A DNA stretch of 64,000 nucleotides. Source: an uncultured Alphaproteobacteria bacterium. Its GTDB lineage: Bacteria > Pseudomonadota > Alphaproteobacteria > Rhizobiales > Aestuariivirgaceae. Under the pieces are notes generated by a model. It saw only the letters and a list, made by a program, of their open reading frames with translations, was not told the DNA's origin and did no database searches. This document shows positions 1-9,106 of this stretch, piece after piece. Both the position numbers and the translations under genes were made by a program. The stretch is from assembly GCA_963754625.1 (NCBI GenBank), contig CAVWGR010000001.1, forward strand, positions 129,513 to 193,512, in the 5' to 3' direction. Within the stretch, counting starts at the first letter, position 1. Each line of letters opens with the position of its first letter.

Positions 1-174
1 CTGGAAATGCGCATTGCGCATCAGGAAAAATCCATCGCCGACCTCAACGACGTGATCACCTCGCAGTGGAAGAAGATCGAGGCTCTGGAGCGGCAACTCA
101 GGCGGCTTGATGAAGAGATGCAATCGCTCGATTCCGGCGAAGCACCAGCGAACCAGAAACCGCCGCACTACTGA
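1..174 (+). CDS. slyX: SlyX family protein (5' partial)
   Basis: Frame 1 reads LEMRIAHQEKSIADLNDVITSQW...NQKPPHY*, a coiled coil with the C-terminal PPHY hallmark. Missing from the ORF track. Confidence 0.9.
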   Translation: MEMRIAHQEKSIADLNDVITSQWKKIEALERQLRRLDEEMQSLDSGEAPANQKPPHY

Positions 175-370
175 TTCCGAACCGCGTTCGGTCCTGATCA
201 CCGATTGGTGAAGCAGCGCGCGATATTTGTGACGGTATCGTTTGTTGTCCGCCGTCCCTCCACGGCGCTAAGACACCGGCACTGCCATAGCTGACTGCCA
301 TACCTCGCAAATCCGAAATGGCACTGTGGTGCGTATCAAGTTGGCTGGTACAATACAAGGACGTGCAGTC

Positions 371-1213
371 ATGACGGACGCAGCATTGAAACGGGGACAG
401 GCAAATGGTGCGCTGGTCTACCGCCAGTCTCGTTGGACACGAATGACCCACTGGGTCTGGGCAATCAGCCTGTTTTTCCTGTTGTTGTCCGGCCTGCAGA
501 TATTCAACGCCCATCCCAAACTCTATTTTGGCCACCAGTCCGGATTTGAATACGACAACGCGATTCTCGACATCGGGGCAAAACAGTCGGGCAATGACGT
601 CGTCGGATACACGCGGATTTTTGGTATGGAGTTTGACACCACCGGTTATCTCGGTGTTTCGGGCGCTACGTCTTTGACACCAGCCTATCAGGCCTTTCCG
701 TCCGCGCTGACCATTCCTTCCAACCGGTCACTGGCGACGGGCCGCATCGTGCATTTCTTTTTTGCCTGGCTCCTGGTGGCAACGCTTCTGGTGTGGGCTA
801 TTGCCAGTGCCGCCAATGGTCACCTGCGCCGTGATCTGGCGATCACCGGAAAAGACATCAAGCGCCTGCCGCAAGATGTGAAAGACCACGCACGGCTGAA
901 ATTCCATCACACGCGCAACTACAACGTACTGCAGAAATTTGCTTACGCCGGCGTGTTGTTTGTTCTGCTGCCATTGATGATCCTCACCGGTCTGTCGATG
1001 TCTCCCAATTTCAACGCCAGCGCACCGTGGCTGCTGGATGTCTTCGGAGGTCGGCAATCGGCCCGCACCATCCATTTCATTGTCATGTTGCTGCTCGTCG
1101 GTTTCTTTGTTGTCCACATGCTGATGATCCTCGCGGCTGGCCCCCTCAATGAGCTGCGGTCGATCATCACCGGGTGGTACCGCGTTGATGGCGAAGCCGG
1201 AAAGGACCACTGA
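371..1213 (+). CDS. Cytochrome b/b6-domain membrane protein (Ni-hydrogenase/thiosulfate reductase cytochrome b type)
   Basis: Four hydrophobic segments with haem-ligand His (RMTHW, RIVHFF, RTIHF, VVHML). ATG at 371 preferred over GTG at 326. Confidence 0.85.
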   Translation: MTDAALKRGQANGALVYRQSRWTRMTHWVWAISLFFLLLSGLQIFNAHPKLYFGHQSGFEYDNAILDIGAKQSGNDVVGYTRIFGMEFDTTGYLGVSGATSLTPAYQAFPSALTIPSNRSLATGRIVHFFFAWLLVATLLVWAIASAANGHLRRDLAITGKDIKRLPQDVKDHARLKFHHTRNYNVLQKFAYAGVLFVLLPLMILTGLSMSPNFNASAPWLLDVFGGRQSARTIHFIVMLLLVGFFVVHMLMILAAGPLNELRSIITGWYRVDGEAGKDH

Positions 1214-1214
1214 G

Positions 1215-2007
1215 ATGCCCACGTTCCAGTTGAACCGCCGCAGGTTTTTAAGCCACGCCGGCATCGGGGTTTCGGCTCTGGGCCTGGCCGGATGTGATGC
1301 CTTTGACGGACTGAACAACGCCGGACAGTGGCGCACGCAAGATTGTCGCCAGTGCCAATGACCTGACCTACCGCGTGCAGCGCCTGCTGGGTGGCGGCCA
1401 CAGCCTGGCACCTGAATACACCCAGGCCGACATCAAGCAGTCGCAACATCCCAACGGCGTGACGGCACCCGAGGACGCCGACTACAAGGCGTTGGCGGGC
1501 AGCGGCTTTGCCGGCTACAGACTGAAAGTCACGGGCCTCGTCGAAAAGCCGTTGGATATGAGCCTCGAAAGCCTCAGGGCCATTCCGGCGCAAACGCAAA
1601 TCACCCGGCATGACTGTGTCGAAGGCTGGAGCTGCATTGCCAAATGGACGGGCCCACGCCTGTCAAAAATTCTCGATGAAGCCAAGCCTCAGATCGCCGC
1701 ACGCTATGTTGTGTTCCATTGCTTCGACACCATCGAGAGCGGCCTGTCGGGCAACATCAAATACTACGAGAGCATCGATTTGATTGACGCCTATCATCCC
1801 CAGACCATCCTCGCCCATGGCCTCAACGACAAGCCACTGCCCATTGAAAATGGCGCTCCGCTGCGCGTCCGCGTCGAACGCCAGTTGGGCTACAAGATGG
1901 CAAAATATGTGCACACGATCGAACTCGTATCGTCATTTGCCGCGATTGGCGAAGGCAATGGCGGTTACTGGGAAGACCGGGGCTATGACTGGTACGGGGG
2001 AATCTGA
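1215..2007 (+). CDS. Tat-exported molybdopterin-dependent oxidoreductase (sulfite oxidase/MsrP-like), frameshift near 1323
   Basis: N-terminus has RRRFL (Tat) and LAGC (lipobox). The second frame has RHDCVEGWS, NGAPLRVRVERQLGYK and GYWEDRGYDWY. Removing one base near 1323 joins the frames (NNA-DSGARKIVASANDLTYRVQRLL). Confidence 0.85.
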
Positions 2008-2063
2008 ACGCAAAATGCCGCCGACGCAGACGCCAGCGGCATTTGATAAAGTGAATTAAGCCG

Positions 2064-2942
2064 TCAGTCGACCCGGAATGCGCGGACATTGTCGTCCATC
2101 ATGACGGGGACAATGGCGGTGCGGCCCTTGTTGATGACATCGAGGTCAGCCGAACCTGCGTTCAAGTCCATCAGCACTTCGTGGCTGCCATCTTTCTTGA
2201 TGCGCAGAAGTGCACCCGCCATGAAGTCAGTGACCAGGAAATTGCCATGGGCATCGCGCTCCAGGCCATCAAGATTTCCAATCGGTGCGCCGGAACCGAG
2301 GCTCTTCAATTCCTTGGTGGCAATGTCGATGGTGAAGAGGTTGCCGAGAACCTTGGTCGAACCATCGTCTTGCATGTCCTTGCCCCAGCCCGCCACCAGC
2401 AGTTTGCCGCCATGGATGCCACGCAGGCCGTTGGGATGCATGAGGTCTTCCTTCTCATACCAAACTGCAAGCTTGCCATCCTTCAACTGCCAGATTTTCT
2501 TCTTGGCGATATCGGTGACGTAGACATTGCCGTCCTTGTCGACGGCAGTGTCGTTGAGGAACACGGCGCCATCAGCGGCATAGGAGTTGGTGATCTTGCC
2601 GGTGCGGGTGTCGATTTGCACCAGCTTGTCGATGTCGGACACATAGAGTGTGAAGCCGTTCATCACCATGCCCTTGGGGGCATTCAGACCCTCGATCCAT
2701 TTCAACTGCAACAGCTTGCCGTCGCGCGAAACTTTCGAGATGAAACCGTTGCCATCCTTGTCGAGTGGCGCTCCGCCGACGTTGGACACATACAGCACCT
2801 GATGGGCGATATCGAGATCGACACTTTCCGGATGCGAGAAGCCACCAAGCACCCAGAGTTCTTTTGTTTTCGCTTCAGCGGCTGAAGCAGCGCCCAGAAG
2901 CAAGGCAACGGTTGCGGCCGAAGCCAGGAGTGACTTGAACAT
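2064..2942 (-). CDS. Secreted SMP-30/gluconolactonase-like beta-propeller protein
   Basis: Signal peptide, then FSHPES, LNAPKG, FLND, PNGL and NLDGL blade motifs. Confidence 0.75.
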   Translation of the reverse strand: MFKSLLASAATVALLLGAASAAEAKTKELWVLGGFSHPESVDLDIAHQVLYVSNVGGAPLDKDGNGFISKVSRDGKLLQLKWIEGLNAPKGMVMNGFTLYVSDIDKLVQIDTRTGKITNSYAADGAVFLNDTAVDKDGNVYVTDIAKKKIWQLKDGKLAVWYEKEDLMHPNGLRGIHGGKLLVAGWGKDMQDDGSTKVLGNLFTIDIATKELKSLGSGAPIGNLDGLERDAHGNFLVTDFMAGALLRIKKDGSHEVLMDLNAGSADLDVINKGRTAIVPVMMDDNVRAFRVD

Positions 2943-3079
2943 TTGCGTATTCCTTTGTGCGGGCAATCTGCCGTAGGCGTGGATGGGTGTGCAGGTTCAG
3001 TTTTGCCGTGCCAAAATGGACACGTGAAACCTGTCGTTGCAAGCCTCGTGCCGGACTTGTCCGCAGCAAACCTGCGTGG

Positions 3080-3475
3080 CTAAAGCTGCGCCCGGATGGC
3101 TTCCGTGTCGATGATCGACCAGACCTTTACAATCTTGTTCCCGCTGAACTCATAAATCACGTTCTCGGCAAAGCGCACCCTCCGGCCGTTTACAGGTAGG
3201 CCGAGAAATTCACCCTTGGGCGAGCAATCAAAAGCCAGCCTGCTCGCCACATGAGTTGGGCTGGCCACCAGCAGTTCAATGGTGAAACGCAGGTCCGGGA
3301 TTTGAGCGAAGTCATTTTCCAGCATGCTGCGATAGCCCGCCAGTCCGAAGGGACGGCCGTTGTGGATGGCCCCCTCAGCAACAAAATCGCCAAGCCGGTC
3401 CCAGTCTTGCGCGTTCAGGCAATCGATATAGGCGCGGTAGATTGCGGTGAGGTCGGGGTGATCATGAACTTGCAA
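3080..3475 (-). CDS. Ester cyclase / SnoaL-like protein
   Basis: YRAYIDCLNAQDW...IPDLRF...VASRLAFDC...VNGRRVRFAENVIY...WSIID. Start uncertain (TTG, or an out-of-frame ATG near 3465). Confidence 0.85.
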   Translation of the reverse strand: MQVHDHPDLTAIYRAYIDCLNAQDWDRLGDFVAEGAIHNGRPFGLAGYRSMLENDFAQIPDLRFTIELLVASPTHVASRLAFDCSPKGEFLGLPVNGRRVRFAENVIYEFSGNKIVKVWSIIDTEAIRAQL

Positions 3476-3561
3476 GGTGCTCTATCCCAAACAACAGCGC
3501 GTGCGCGCAGCATCTCGCGAAGGCAGGCTTGCCTTCGATGACCGATGCAGCGTTGGCGATA

Positions 3562-4866
3562 TCAATTCCCCAAAATGGCTGACTCAAGAACATCGAGCCC
3601 TTCGTTGAGGATTGCTTCGCTTGCTGTCAGTGGTGTCAACATGCGCACCACGTCGCCGTAAACGCCACAGGTCAAAATCAGCAACCCGCGCTCCAGGCAC
3701 TTGGCGGCAAGCGCTTTGGCGCCACCGGCGTCGGGCTTGTTGCCACCGTGTTCGGTCACCATTTCAAAGGCGCACATGGCACCGAGACCACGAATGTCAC
3801 CGATCGGCATGCCCTTCTTCTTGGCCTTGATGCCTTGAAGTTTCTTCATGATGATCTGGCCCTGCTTCTCGGCCTTCTCCAGCAAGTTCTCCTGCTCGAA
3901 GGCGTCAAACACGCCAAGGGCTGCGGCGCAGGCAATGGCGTTGCCGGCATAGGTGCCGCCGATGCCGCCGGGATCGGGCGCATCCATGATCTTGGCCTTG
4001 CCGATGACGGCGGCGAGCGGGAAACCACCAGCCAGTGACTTGGCCGAGGTCATCAGGTCGGGCTCGACGCCATAGTGTTCCATGGCGAAGAACTTGCCGG
4101 TGCGGCCAAAGCCGGTCTGGATTTCGTCGGCGATCAGGAGGATGCCGTGTTCATCGCAAAGCGTCCGCAGTTTCACCATCAGTTCCTTGGGGGCGATGTA
4201 AAAGCCGCCTTCGCCTTGCACCGGTTCGATGATGATGGCGGCCACGCGCTGCGGCTCGACATCACACTTGAACAGCAGTTCAATGGCGTGAATGGCATCC
4301 TCAACTGAAATGCCCTTGTGGGCGACGGGGAAGGGGACGTGCCAGATACCCGCAGGCATGGGGCCGAATTTTGCCTTGTAGGGTGCGACTTTGCCGGTGA
4401 GCGCCATGCCGAGAAGGGTGCGGCCATGGAAGCCACCGTGGAAGGCGATGACGTCGGAGCGACCGGTATAGGCGCGGGCGAATTTGATGGCATTCTCGAC
4501 AGCTTCGGCTCCGGTGGTCACCAAGGCTGATTTTTTCTCGCCAGAGATCGGCGCGGCGGCATTGAGCTTTTCGCACACTTCGATGAAGGGCGTGTAAGGC
4601 ATCACCATGGCGCAGGTGTGGGTCACCTTTTCCAGTTGCTCATAGACACGCTTCATCACCATGGGGTGGCGGTGGCCGGTGTTGACCACGGCAATGCCGC
4701 CGCCGAAGTCGATGTAGCGGTTGCCTTCAATGTCCCAGATTTCGGAGTTCTCCGCCTTGGCCGCCATCACCGCAGCGCCCATGCCGATGCCGCGCGATAC
4801 AGCCTTGGCGCGGCGCTCGACCCATTCCTTGTTGGTTCCAATGGGGGTGGCGATGGGTGCGTTCAT
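3562..4866 (-). CDS. gabT: 4-aminobutyrate aminotransferase (class III PLP)
   Basis: YIDFGGGIAV, TTGAEAVENA, FHGRT, EPVQGEGG, ADEIQTGFGRTG and the PLP lysine in SAKSLAGG. AAGGAG RBS upstream. Confidence 0.92.
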   Translation of the reverse strand: MNAPIATPIGTNKEWVERRAKAVSRGIGMGAAVMAAKAENSEIWDIEGNRYIDFGGGIAVVNTGHRHPMVMKRVYEQLEKVTHTCAMVMPYTPFIEVCEKLNAAAPISGEKKSALVTTGAEAVENAIKFARAYTGRSDVIAFHGGFHGRTLLGMALTGKVAPYKAKFGPMPAGIWHVPFPVAHKGISVEDAIHAIELLFKCDVEPQRVAAIIIEPVQGEGGFYIAPKELMVKLRTLCDEHGILLIADEIQTGFGRTGKFFAMEHYGVEPDLMTSAKSLAGGFPLAAVIGKAKIMDAPDPGGIGGTYAGNAIACAAALGVFDAFEQENLLEKAEKQGQIIMKKLQGIKAKKKGMPIGDIRGLGAMCAFEMVTEHGGNKPDAGGAKALAAKCLERGLLILTCGVYGDVVRMLTPLTASEAILNEGLDVLESAILGN

Positions 4867-4976
4867 GGTGGGCTCCTTGTGTCGGAAGTCTTTTACTCCG
4901 GCCCACGCAGTCAGGCAAACCACATGCGTGGGGCCAGATTTTTGCGAATTCTGAAATCTCTCGCTAATATCCCCCC

Positions 4977-6398
4977 ATGACTGAACTCATCCGCATGTCT
5001 GCCGTCGAAGTGACCGACCTCTTGCGCATTGGCGCGGTGACGCCGCTTGAATGTCTCGACGCGCTCGAAAAGCGCATCGCCGCTGTCAACGCGCCGGTCA
5101 ATGCATTGGTCACGCTGTGCTTTGAGCGGGCCCGCGCTCACGCCAAAAATTTGATGAACATGGCACCGATGAAACGTGGCCGCCTTGCTGGCCTTCCCGT
5201 GCCGATCAAGGACCTCGCCGATGTTGCTGGTGTGCGCTCGACACAAGGGTCGCTCATCTTCAAGGATAACGTTCCGGCGCAGTCCGACATCGTTGTCAGA
5301 CACATCGAAGGCGAAGGCGGCATTGTCTATGCCATGTCGAACACGCCAGAATTTGGCGCCGGGGCCAACACCTTCAACGAGGTTTTCGGGGCGACGCGCA
5401 ATCCGTGGGACACACGGTTGTCGGCGGCGGGGTCTTCAGGCGGAGCTGCCGTGGCGCTGGCCACAGGAATGGCCTGGGTGGCGCACGGCTCTGACCTTGG
5501 TGGTTCGCTCCGCAATCCCGCCAGCTTCTGTGGCGTGGTTGGCATGCGGCCCTCGCCGGGGCGCGTTGCTGCCAGTGTCTATTCCAAGATCGACAGCACT
5601 CTCGGGGTCGATGGACCAATGGCGCGCAACGTCGCCGACCTCGCACTCTTCTTCGATGCCATGGTCGGGGCGGAAGCGGGTGATCCGTTGTCGCTGCCAC
5701 GAGAAGACATGAGTTATTTCGCGGCAACGCATTCGGGCTGGAAACCAAAGCGGGTGGCAGTGTCGCGCGATCTTGGTATCTCGCCCGTCGATACGGAAGT
5801 GGCAGAGCTCGTCATGGCAGCGGCACGCAAGCTCGAAGGCGAGGGCGTGATCGTGGAAGAAGCGCATCCCGATCTTTCTGATGCGATGAATTGTTTCCAG
5901 ACATTGCGCGCCATCGGTTACGCCACGGGCATGCGGCAGATGCTGCTTGAGCATCGCGACAAGCTGAAGCCGGAAGTGATCTGGAATATCGAGAAGGGTT
6001 TGCGGCTCACTGGCGAGGAGATTGCGCAGGCCGAAGCGCAGCGCGGCCAGATGTTCCGGCGCATGCACAGCTTCCTCGAGACCTATGACCTGCTGTTGTG
6101 CCCGGCCACCATTGTTCCTCCGTTTCCGGTTGAGGAACGCTATCCAACCCATTGTAATGGCGTTAAATTTGAGAGTTACATCGACTGGCTTTTGATCGCC
6201 GGCGCGATCACCTTGTGCGCCTGTCCGGCGGTCTCCATTCCCTGTGGATTTACCAGATCACAGCTGCCGGTCGGATTGCAAATCGTCGCGCCCAATCGTG
6301 GTGAAGCCAAGCTTCTCGCGGGTGCCGCATTCATTGAAAAGCTGCTGGGCTTCGGTGCGCTGACGCCGATTGAACCGCGTGTCACGCACCTCGCCTGA
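4977..6398 (+). CDS. Amidase signature family protein
   Basis: GLPVPIKDL, AGSSGGAA, GSDLGGSLRNPASFCG. Confidence 0.9.
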   Translation: MTELIRMSAVEVTDLLRIGAVTPLECLDALEKRIAAVNAPVNALVTLCFERARAHAKNLMNMAPMKRGRLAGLPVPIKDLADVAGVRSTQGSLIFKDNVPAQSDIVVRHIEGEGGIVYAMSNTPEFGAGANTFNEVFGATRNPWDTRLSAAGSSGGAAVALATGMAWVAHGSDLGGSLRNPASFCGVVGMRPSPGRVAASVYSKIDSTLGVDGPMARNVADLALFFDAMVGAEAGDPLSLPREDMSYFAATHSGWKPKRVAVSRDLGISPVDTEVAELVMAAARKLEGEGVIVEEAHPDLSDAMNCFQTLRAIGYATGMRQMLLEHRDKLKPEVIWNIEKGLRLTGEEIAQAEAQRGQMFRRMHSFLETYDLLLCPATIVPPFPVEERYPTHCNGVKFESYIDWLLIAGAITLCACPAVSIPCGFTRSQLPVGLQIVAPNRGEAKLLAGAAFIEKLLGFGALTPIEPRVTHLA

Positions 6399-6984
6399 GG
6401 CAGCTTCGCTCTCTGCACTTCTTGCTGATGTGCGCGCCTGTACACTCTGCCGCGATCTGCCGCTTGGTCCCAAGCCGCTGGTGCAGGCAGGCGAGAATGC
6501 GCGCATTCTCATCGCGGGGCAGGCACCTGGTCGCGTCACTCATCACAAGGGCCAGCCGTTCGATGATGCATCCGGCAATCGCCTGCGCGACTGGCTCGGC
6601 GTTTCGCGCGAAACATTTTACGATCCACAACACTTTGCCATTCTCGCCATGGGCTTCTGCTATCCCGGCACAGGCACGGGCGGTGACCTGCCACCGCGTG
6701 AAGAATGTGCTGGTGCCTGGCGTAACAAACTTCTCGGTGCGCTACCGCACATCCGCCTGACCCTGGTGATCGGGCAATACGCGCAAGCCTGGCATCTGCC
6801 ACAGTCTGCCAAGCTCCGTCTCACCGAGCGTGTGAAACTGCAGGACGCAGCAACTGCCAGCGTGATCGCACTTCCTCATCCCAGCCCGCGCAATGGTGTG
6901 TGGTTGAAATCCAATCCGTGGTTCGAAGCGGATATCTTGCCAATCGTGCAGTTGCGGGTTGCGCAATCACTCAACCAAGGTTGA
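6370..6984 (+). CDS. Uracil-DNA glycosylase family protein
   Basis: CTLC, IAGQAPG, PFDDASG, MGFCYPG, LPHPSPRN. Start uncertain. Confidence 0.85.
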   Translation: MNRVSRTSPEAASLSALLADVRACTLCRDLPLGPKPLVQAGENARILIAGQAPGRVTHHKGQPFDDASGNRLRDWLGVSRETFYDPQHFAILAMGFCYPGTGTGGDLPPREECAGAWRNKLLGALPHIRLTLVIGQYAQAWHLPQSAKLRLTERVKLQDAATASVIALPHPSPRNGVWLKSNPWFEADILPIVQLRVAQSLNQG

Positions 6985-7058
6985 GTCCACGGGCAGTTGC
7001 GCCCGGCGGTGTTTCCGCATAATCAGGCTGCAACTCTTTTGGGATGGGAAACAACCAC

Positions 7059-7634
7059 ATGACCTTTGCTCCACTTGCCGACCGCCTCTGGACCCATGAA
7101 CAGTCCTCGGCCCTTTTGCGCAATGGTGCGCTGGCCGTGCTCGGCAGCCTGTTGATTGCCGCTGCGGCCCAGGTCAACGTGCCGATGCAGCCGGTGCCGA
7201 TGACCTTGCAGACGCTCGCGGTACTCGCTGTTGGTGCCGCTTTCGGTTGGCGGCTCGGTGCGGCCACGGTGGCGCTCTATGTATTGGAAGGTGCCGTTGG
7301 CCTGCCGGTTTTCGCAGAAATGAAAGCAGGTCTGCCGATCCTGTTTGGGCCGACGGGAGGTTATCTTCTTGGCTTCATTCTCTCCGCCGGTGTTGTTGGC
7401 TACCTCGCCGAGCGCGGCTTTGACCGGGGTGTTTTCACCATGCTCGGTGCCATGCTGATCGGTGCAGCCGTTCTCTACGTGCCTGGCCTTGCCTGGCTTT
7501 CGGGCTTTGTCGGCGGCTTTGAAAAGGCCGTCACCTTCGGTTTCGCACCCTTCTGGATCGGCGACATCGTCAAGGCCGTCGTGGCAGCACTTGCCTTCCC
7601 GGCGGTGTGGAAACTGCTCGGCGACAAGCGCTGA
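7059..7634 (+). CDS. bioY: Biotin transporter BioY
   Basis: PVPMTLQT, GAVGLPVFA, GPTGGYLLGF, PFWIGDIVK. Confidence 0.92.
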   Translation: MTFAPLADRLWTHEQSSALLRNGALAVLGSLLIAAAAQVNVPMQPVPMTLQTLAVLAVGAAFGWRLGAATVALYVLEGAVGLPVFAEMKAGLPILFGPTGGYLLGFILSAGVVGYLAERGFDRGVFTMLGAMLIGAAVLYVPGLAWLSGFVGGFEKAVTFGFAPFWIGDIVKAVVAALAFPAVWKLLGDKR

Positions 7635-7852
7635 GAGACTTTGCCATCTGCACAATGTCGCGACCATCACGGCCAATATCGCCGGGATGGCGAGGATGGC
7701 TGCGAGGTTCAGGACAGGGTTGAGAAGGTGATTGTGCATGGCCACAACAAACCATGGAACTGTGGCCGAAATTTGATGATAATCCTAATTTAGGAATTAA
7801 TTTTTGATGTTGCCCGACCGTTGAAATGCCATCCAAGAGGGCCAATCAAAAT

Positions 7853-7929
7853 TGGTCGGAGTGAGAGGATTCGAACCTCCGACCCCCTGCTCCCGAAGCA
7901 GGTGCGCTACCAGACTGCGCTACACTCCG
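7853..7929 (-). tRNA. tRNA-Pro(CGG)
   Basis: Cloverleaf CGGAGTG...CCTGC-TT-CGG-GA-GCAGG...GGTTCGAATCC...CACTCCG-ACCA. Confidence 0.97.
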
Positions 7930-8093
7930 ATATTTTCGGCCAATTTTGGAAATCGCGCGCTTTCTGGAGGGTTGTGGCGATTTCGTCAAGTCGAAACTGG
8001 TAGCGCCGGGCCTCTCGATTGTGCGGGGATTGTGCTAATGCTGCAGCGACTATGGACCGCAATTGCCGTGTGGCCCAACGGAGATTGGTGACG

Positions 8094-9083
8094 ATGAACG
8101 AGATTTCCCATGCCGGCGTTCGTGGCCACAACAGCGAGCCTCGCAATCCCGGCACGCCGTTGACACTGGCGTGGTTTGAAGGGGCGCAGGTCAATACGTC
8201 TGCTGCCGAACGCCGCGCCGCCACGCTCACCACGCGGCGCAGTGTGAAGAAGGAATACCAGGCGGCGTGGCTGGTGAAGGCGCTGCAATGCATCGATCTT
8301 ACAACCCTTGCCGGTGATGATACGGCGGGCCGTGTGCATCGCTTGTGCGCCAAGGCGATGCGGCCGCTGCGTGATGATATCGTCGAGAAACTCGGCCTTG
8401 CCGCGGCACCACCGACGGTGGGTGCGGTCTGTGTCTATCCCGCAATGGTACCGCACGCTGTGAAGGCACTGCGTGGTTCCGGCATTCCCGTTGCGTCAGT
8501 GGCAACAGGTTTTCCGTCGGGGCTGACACCGTTGCCCATCCGGCTTGCCGAAGTGCGCTGGGCGGTGGAGCAGGGGGCCGAGGAAATTGATATCGTGATT
8601 TTCCGCGAACAGGTGCTGACCCAGGACTGGTCTGCGCTCTACGACGAAATCGCGGCGATGCGCGCGGCCTGTGGCGCTGCCCATCTCAAGGCCATTCTTG
8701 CCACGGGTGATCTCAAGACCCTGCGCAATGTCTACAAAGCTTCGATGGTGGCGATGCAAGCGGGTGCTGATTTCATCAAGACCTCCACTGGCAAGGAAGA
8801 CGTGAACGCAACTCTGCCTGTCAGCCTCACCATGGTGCGGGCGTTGCGCGACTATGGCGAGCTCACCGGCCACAAGATCGGATTCAAGCCGGCAGGTGGC
8901 CTCAAGACCGCCAAAGACGCGATGAGTTGGCAGATCCTGATGAAGGAAGAACTGGGCCGCCGCTGGCTGGAGCCGGACCTCTTCCGCATCGGTGCCTCAT
9001 CGATGCTCGCCGATATCGAGCGCCAACTCGAACACTATCTGACCGGGCGCTACGCCGCGCTCTCCCATCACGCACTTGCATAG
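8094..9083 (+). CDS. deoC: Deoxyribose-phosphate aldolase (long type)
   Basis: CIDLTTLAGDDT, VGAVCVYP, SVATGFP, EIDIVI, DFIKTSTGK, GFKPAGG, FRIGASS. Confidence 0.93.
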   Translation: MNEISHAGVRGHNSEPRNPGTPLTLAWFEGAQVNTSAAERRAATLTTRRSVKKEYQAAWLVKALQCIDLTTLAGDDTAGRVHRLCAKAMRPLRDDIVEKLGLAAAPPTVGAVCVYPAMVPHAVKALRGSGIPVASVATGFPSGLTPLPIRLAEVRWAVEQGAEEIDIVIFREQVLTQDWSALYDEIAAMRAACGAAHLKAILATGDLKTLRNVYKASMVAMQAGADFIKTSTGKEDVNATLPVSLTMVRALRDYGELTGHKIGFKPAGGLKTAKDAMSWQILMKEELGRRWLEPDLFRIGASSMLADIERQLEHYLTGRYAALSHHALA

Positions 9084-9106
9084 TGGCTCTGGCCTGAGGA
9101 CTGATC

